DNA of 11,368 nucleotides from Candidatus Thorarchaeota archaeon. GTDB lineage: Archaea > Asgardarchaeota > Thorarchaeia > Thorarchaeales > Thorarchaeaceae. A program made the translations under genes and the position numbers. Position 1 is the first letter of the stretch. The number at the start of each line of letters is the position of its first letter. The stretch spans positions 1-11,368 of the forward strand of contig SDNP01000054.1 of the NCBI GenBank assembly GCA_004524445.1, read 5' to 3'. The notes beneath the pieces are model-generated. The model saw only the letters and a program-made list of their open reading frames with translations. It had not been told where the DNA came from and searched no databases. Of the stretch, positions 7,818-11,368 are shown in pieces.

Positions 7818-8336
7818 CTACTCGATTAGAATCAATAAGTCACTAGGTACAACGGACGCTCCGGGCTCCACATTTACCTCTCTAATCCTACCAGATTTGG
7901 GTGCTTTCAGTTCATTGAACATTTTCATGGCTTCGAGAATGCATAATGTATCGCCGTCTTGTACCGAATCATTGAGAGCAACATGGACCTCTGTTATTTT
8001 CCCAGGCATGGGAGGATAGACCCCTCCAGGATTTTTGGTTCCCGACGATAGCGGTGCTGAAACAGGTGTATCTGCCTTCTTAGCCCGCACCCACTCTAGT
8101 GTGTGTTTTTCTCCGTCCAGTTGGATTGATATAGTATTGCCAGATCGTTTGAGTACTTCCACTCGGTGGTCCGTAGTCCTGTTATTCACCGTCCAGATGC
8201 CATCTTCTCCCTTTGTGGGTTTCATGGTGAAGCTTTGGTCGCCAATTTTGACAACAATTACTCCACCTTCATCCAACAAGTCAACCTCTACATCATAAGT
8301 CACATCTGTAAATTCGGCTTTATACTCAGGACTCAT
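7818..8336 (-). CDS. Stand-alone biotin carboxyl carrier protein with an N-terminal beta-rich (BT-like) domain
   Basis: PMPGKI...VQDGDTLCILEAMKMFNELKAPKSGRI...PGASV; the biotinylated Lys lies in EAMKM (K138). An Ala/Pro/Ser linker follows an ~85-aa N-terminal domain. Confidence 0.92.
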   Translation of the reverse strand: MSPEYKAEFTDVTYDVEVDLLDEGGVIVVKIGDQSFTMKPTKGEDGIWTVNNRTTDHRVEVLKRSGNTISIQLDGEKHTLEWVRAKKADTPVSAPLSSGTKNPGGVYPPMPGKITEVHVALNDSVQDGDTLCILEAMKMFNELKAPKSGRIREVNVEPGASVVPSDLLILIE

Positions 8337-8425
8337 CGGTAATCACTTGACAGGTTTTCATATTAGCGGGCATTTTAGTTCTACCCTCATTTCATTCATC
8401 GTATTTGCTTATCATATTGATTGTA

Positions 8426-9994
8426 CTACATGCGTCGTGTCTGCTCTCTTCTTCCAGAGGCAACCCATGGTGAATCTACCTTGGCCCAGCTGCTTGTCGA
8501 AGCAGGGATAGGTCGTCTTTGTCCGTCTTCTCGCCCATTCGAAGTCCAAGTATCACTTGTACTGGAGGAGGCGACTGCAAATCCACCCCGCTTCTTCATC
8601 ATATGAAGGACCGATGCCATAATGGCGAGCTGATTTTCAGGAGTCATATCACCATGGTGCTTTCGTTTTGACTTACGTACGAGAAAGTCAAGTGCATATT
8701 GAGGATAGAGGGCATAAGATATTTCATCCCGGCGGTCATGTTCAATATCCTTGAGAGCCTTTCGTGCTTCAGGAAGCTCAGGTGGAAGTAGGCTTGCAGG
8801 TCGCTCTTCAAGGGTTTCTTCATCCCCAATGATTTTTTGCCGGATTTCGGGGTCTAGTGGGGCTGGGGGGCGTCCATAGAAACCTCGGACATACTGCTTG
8901 ACTTCATGGGGGACCATCTTGTAGCGTTCGCCAGTGATAACATTCATCGTTGCCTGAGTGCCAACAATTTGGGACGATGGGGTCACTAGTGGAGGATAAC
9001 CCAAATCAGCTCGGACTCTAGGAACTTCTTGAAGTACCTCGTCATACCGATCCAAGGCGCCCTGTTCTCTAAGCTGGTTATCTAGATTCGATAACATCCC
9101 TCCGGGAATCTGCCATATCAGAACCTGTGGATTTACCCCCTTAAGACTGCCTTCGAATTCTGTGTAGTTCCGTCTGATGTCTCTGAAATAATCAGCAATC
9201 TCGGATAGAAGATTGACGTCGAGACCTGTGTCCCTTTGTGTCCCCTTCAGAGATTCTACTATAGACTCTACAGCCGGTTGAGAAGTCGCCATAGAAAGTG
9301 GAGAAATTGCGCAGTCCACAACATCAACGCCAGCCTCTGCGCCCTTCAGATATGCCATCGAGGCCATACCACTAGTGTAATGTGAGTGAAGCTGAATTGG
9401 GATGTCCAGCTCGTCTTTCAACCTCTTGACTAAGTCATAAGCGGCGGTGGGGGTGATTAACCCGGCCATATCTTTGATGCAAATGGAGTCTGCGTCTAAC
9501 GCGTATAGTTCTTTGGCTTTCTCTACGAATCGCTCATTGTTGTGAACCGGACTAAGAGTATAACAGAAACTTGCCTGAACATGTCCGCCTTCACGCTTTA
9601 CAAACCGCATTGATGGTTCCATATTTCTTACATCGTTTAGTGCATCGAAGATTCTGAATATGTCAATGCCAGCTTTGACAGCCTCTTCTATGAATGCTTC
9701 AAGGACATCGTCACTATATTGACGATACCCAACAATATTCGACCCTCTAAGTAGCATCTGGAATGGGGTTTTTGGCATTACGTCCTTTAAATTCTCAACA
9801 CGTTCCCACGGGTCCTCGTCCAAGAAGCGCATCATGCTATCAAACGTTGCTCCACCCCACATCTCTAGTGAATGGTATCCAACCTGATCAATTGTTTCAC
9901 ATATAGGTAGCATGTGCTCAGTGCGCATTCGTGTTGCAATCAATGATTGATGTGCATCGCGAAGGGTGGTATCAGTAATCTTCAGTTTCGTCAT
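8426..9994 (-). CDS. Pyruvate/oxaloacetate carboxyltransferase (PycB / OadA / transcarboxylase 5S family), no biotinyl domain
   Basis: Motifs DTTLRDAHQSLIATRM, EMWGGATFD, FQMLLRG, FRIFDALND, CIKDMAG, LHSH, QIPGGMLSN and LGYPPLVTPSSQIVG are all intact. No AMKM motif. Symbol left blank because pycB, oadA and 5S cannot be told apart from the sequence alone. Confidence 0.93.
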   Translation of the reverse strand: MTKLKITDTTLRDAHQSLIATRMRTEHMLPICETIDQVGYHSLEMWGGATFDSMMRFLDEDPWERVENLKDVMPKTPFQMLLRGSNIVGYRQYSDDVLEAFIEEAVKAGIDIFRIFDALNDVRNMEPSMRFVKREGGHVQASFCYTLSPVHNNERFVEKAKELYALDADSICIKDMAGLITPTAAYDLVKRLKDELDIPIQLHSHYTSGMASMAYLKGAEAGVDVVDCAISPLSMATSQPAVESIVESLKGTQRDTGLDVNLLSEIADYFRDIRRNYTEFEGSLKGVNPQVLIWQIPGGMLSNLDNQLREQGALDRYDEVLQEVPRVRADLGYPPLVTPSSQIVGTQATMNVITGERYKMVPHEVKQYVRGFYGRPPAPLDPEIRQKIIGDEETLEERPASLLPPELPEARKALKDIEHDRRDEISYALYPQYALDFLVRKSKRKHHGDMTPENQLAIMASVLHMMKKRGGFAVASSSTSDTWTSNGREDGQRRPIPASTSSWAKVDSPWVASGRREQTRRM

Positions 9995-10100
9995 GGCTTA
10001 ACGTAGCTAGGACTACCGTGATAGTATATAGTAGTTCTGCTGCGTTCCGCTTTTCGGAATATCATCATGAGAAAAGAATCTCGCATTTCTAATTCCTTAA

Positions 10101-10361
10101 GTGAAGAAAACGGGAGAAAAGAACCGAAATAACATGAATAATGAAAAGGTGTGGGGCTTTGAGGGTTGTGGCTGTATGTGGACTTTTTTCAAGAACCGCG
10201 ATATGGCATGTTCTAATGCGGGAGATAATACCGTTTGGGAAGTCACTCTTGAGCGTGCATATGAGCTTGATAATAAACGGAGGCAGGAGCTAGACTTCGA
10301 CAAGATTACTCTAGAGGAATTCAAGGAATGCGTCGACCACCCGATGTATTGTAACGAATAA
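10101..10361 (+). CDS. Small Cys-rich hypothetical protein (probable start ATG 10134, 75 aa)
   Basis: Protein-like composition (KVWGFEGCGCMWTFF...VWEVTLERAYELD...ITLEEFKECVDHPMYCNE). It fills the gap between divergent genes in the same orientation as the downstream genes. Confidence 0.6.
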   Translation: MKKTGEKNRNNMNNEKVWGFEGCGCMWTFFKNRDMACSNAGDNTVWEVTLERAYELDNKRRQELDFDKITLEEFKECVDHPMYCNE

Positions 10362-10458
10362 GAGACCCATTTCGCTATCTCGGGATACTACTTATGTAAA
10401 TCCAAGGATCTATCCCACTTTTGAACCGATCTACACATCATCTACCAATAGGCTTTAG

Positions 10459-11118
10459 ATGCCGCCAGATGTTTGGAATTCCGGAATCGGAAGTGACATG
10501 ATGAAGAACATCATTTTCAACCCTAATGTGTATAGATTTCTGTATTCTGTGGACCGCTTGTTTCCAGATAATCAAGTAGAGAAGTCAGTCCTTGATTGTG
10601 GAGCAGGCGGCAAGATACCTCCATTGGGTCTTCTGCATAAACTTGGCTTTGATACATGCGGAATTGATATCTTAGATGAGCAGATTGAGATGGTCAGACG
10701 GTTTGAAGAGGAGCATGATGTAGACCTCAATATACAGAAAGCAGATATGACAGAGATTCCTTTCGATGATGAGAGCTTCGGGTATGTCTACTCGCAGAAT
10801 TCTATTTTTCATCTAACCAAATATGATACAGCAAAAGCCATGCATGAAATGAAGAGGGTCCTAAGACCCCAAGGGTTTCTGTATGTGAATTTTTTGTCCG
10901 TTAAAGATGAAGGCTACGGAGAGGGGGAAGAAGTTGGACCGGGCGAATGGAGGGCTTTGGAACATGGCGAGTCCACGGTCCATAGTTACTATGGGGACGG
11001 AGAACCAGATCAATACTTCGCAGATACAAGAATCATCCTTAGAGAAAAGAGAATTCTCGACTCACGAAATCATAATCGAAAGATGGTGTATATTGAATAC
11101 ATTGCGAGAAAGGCATGA
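10459..11118 (+). CDS. Class I SAM-dependent methyltransferase
   Basis: Motif I VLDCGAGG, GID, ADMTEIPFDDESFGYVYS, and EMKRVLRPQGFLYVNF. The start may be ATG 10498 or 10501, after GGAAGTGAC. Confidence 0.9.
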   Translation: MPPDVWNSGIGSDMMKNIIFNPNVYRFLYSVDRLFPDNQVEKSVLDCGAGGKIPPLGLLHKLGFDTCGIDILDEQIEMVRRFEEEHDVDLNIQKADMTEIPFDDESFGYVYSQNSIFHLTKYDTAKAMHEMKRVLRPQGFLYVNFLSVKDEGYGEGEEVGPGEWRALEHGESTVHSYYGDGEPDQYFADTRIILREKRILDSRNHNRKMVYIEYIARKA

Positions 11119-11183
11119 AATTGACATAATCCTCATTTTTCCGCTTCCTCTTTATTCATTAACTCAAATGCAAATGCCAGTTT

Positions 11184-11368
11184 ATGGAAAAAGCAACGTT
11201 TGGCGGCGGATGCTTTTGGTGCGTCGAGGCCGTCTTTGAAAAAATGAAGGGCGTAAGGTCAGTAGTATCCGGGTATGCAGGCGGCCATGTTGAGAACCCA
11301 ACATACCAGCAGGTCACTACCGGTAAGACAGGTCACGCCGAAGTCGCTCAGATAGAGTACGACCCAGA
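11184..11368 (+). CDS. msrA: Peptide-methionine (S)-S-oxide reductase MsrA (5' partial)
   Basis: Hand translation from ATG 11184: [61 protein letters not shown]. It contains the GCFWC, SGYAGG and TGHAE signatures. Not in the ORF track because it runs off the window. Confidence 0.97.
   Translation, partial: MEKATFGGGCFWCVEAVFEKMKGVRSVVSGYAGGHVENPTYQQVTTGKTGHAEVAQIEYDP

Noticed and set aside
5253-8829. Short ORFs overlapping the longin, thiolase-like, BCCP and carboxyltransferase genes (e.g. 5774..6193, 5970..6368, 6973..7260, 8035..8298, 8644..8829)
   Set aside because: They are shadow ORFs of well-supported genes.
10097-10324. 75-aa minus-strand ORF
   Set aside because: It is antisense to the more protein-like 10101..10361 ORF and has a Ser/Phe-rich shadow composition.
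10459-11118. Methyltransferase as an arsenite methyltransferase or DNA methyltransferase
   Set aside because: It lacks a recognisable ArsM-type cysteine arrangement and has no DPPY/NPPY or PC motif. The substrate cannot be assigned.
10907-11239. 110-aa plus-strand ORF
   Set aside because: It overlaps the methyltransferase and msrA in a different frame and has no motif support.
1-11368. CRISPR arrays, IS elements, nucleotide-level tandem repeats or DGR-like template/variable repeats
   Set aside because: None seen by eye. The repeats in the giant gene are detectable only at the protein level. A self dot-plot would be the definitive check.

Overview
This is an archaeal-type chromosomal window, probably from an Asgard archaeon such as Thorarchaeia. 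That assignment is inferred from gene content, GGAGGTG/GGTG-type ribosome binding sites and a longin-winged-helix protein. The minus strand carries two clusters. The first is a pyruvate/oxaloacetate carboxyltransferase with an unusual C-terminal tail, a stand-alone biotin carrier protein and a thiolase-fold protein that lacks both catalytic cysteines. The second is an NPRL2/uDENN-like longin protein with two winged-helix domains, translationally coupled to a giant secreted multi-domain glycoprotein of at least 1738 aa. The giant ORF is missing from the supplied track because it runs off the window; I translated it by hand and found no stop from 5216 to position 1. The plus strand carries a small Cys-rich hypothetical protein, a class I SAM methyltransferase and the 5' part of msrA. 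I saw no RNA genes, CRISPR arrays or mobile elements. All domain calls come from motif recognition by eye, not database searches.
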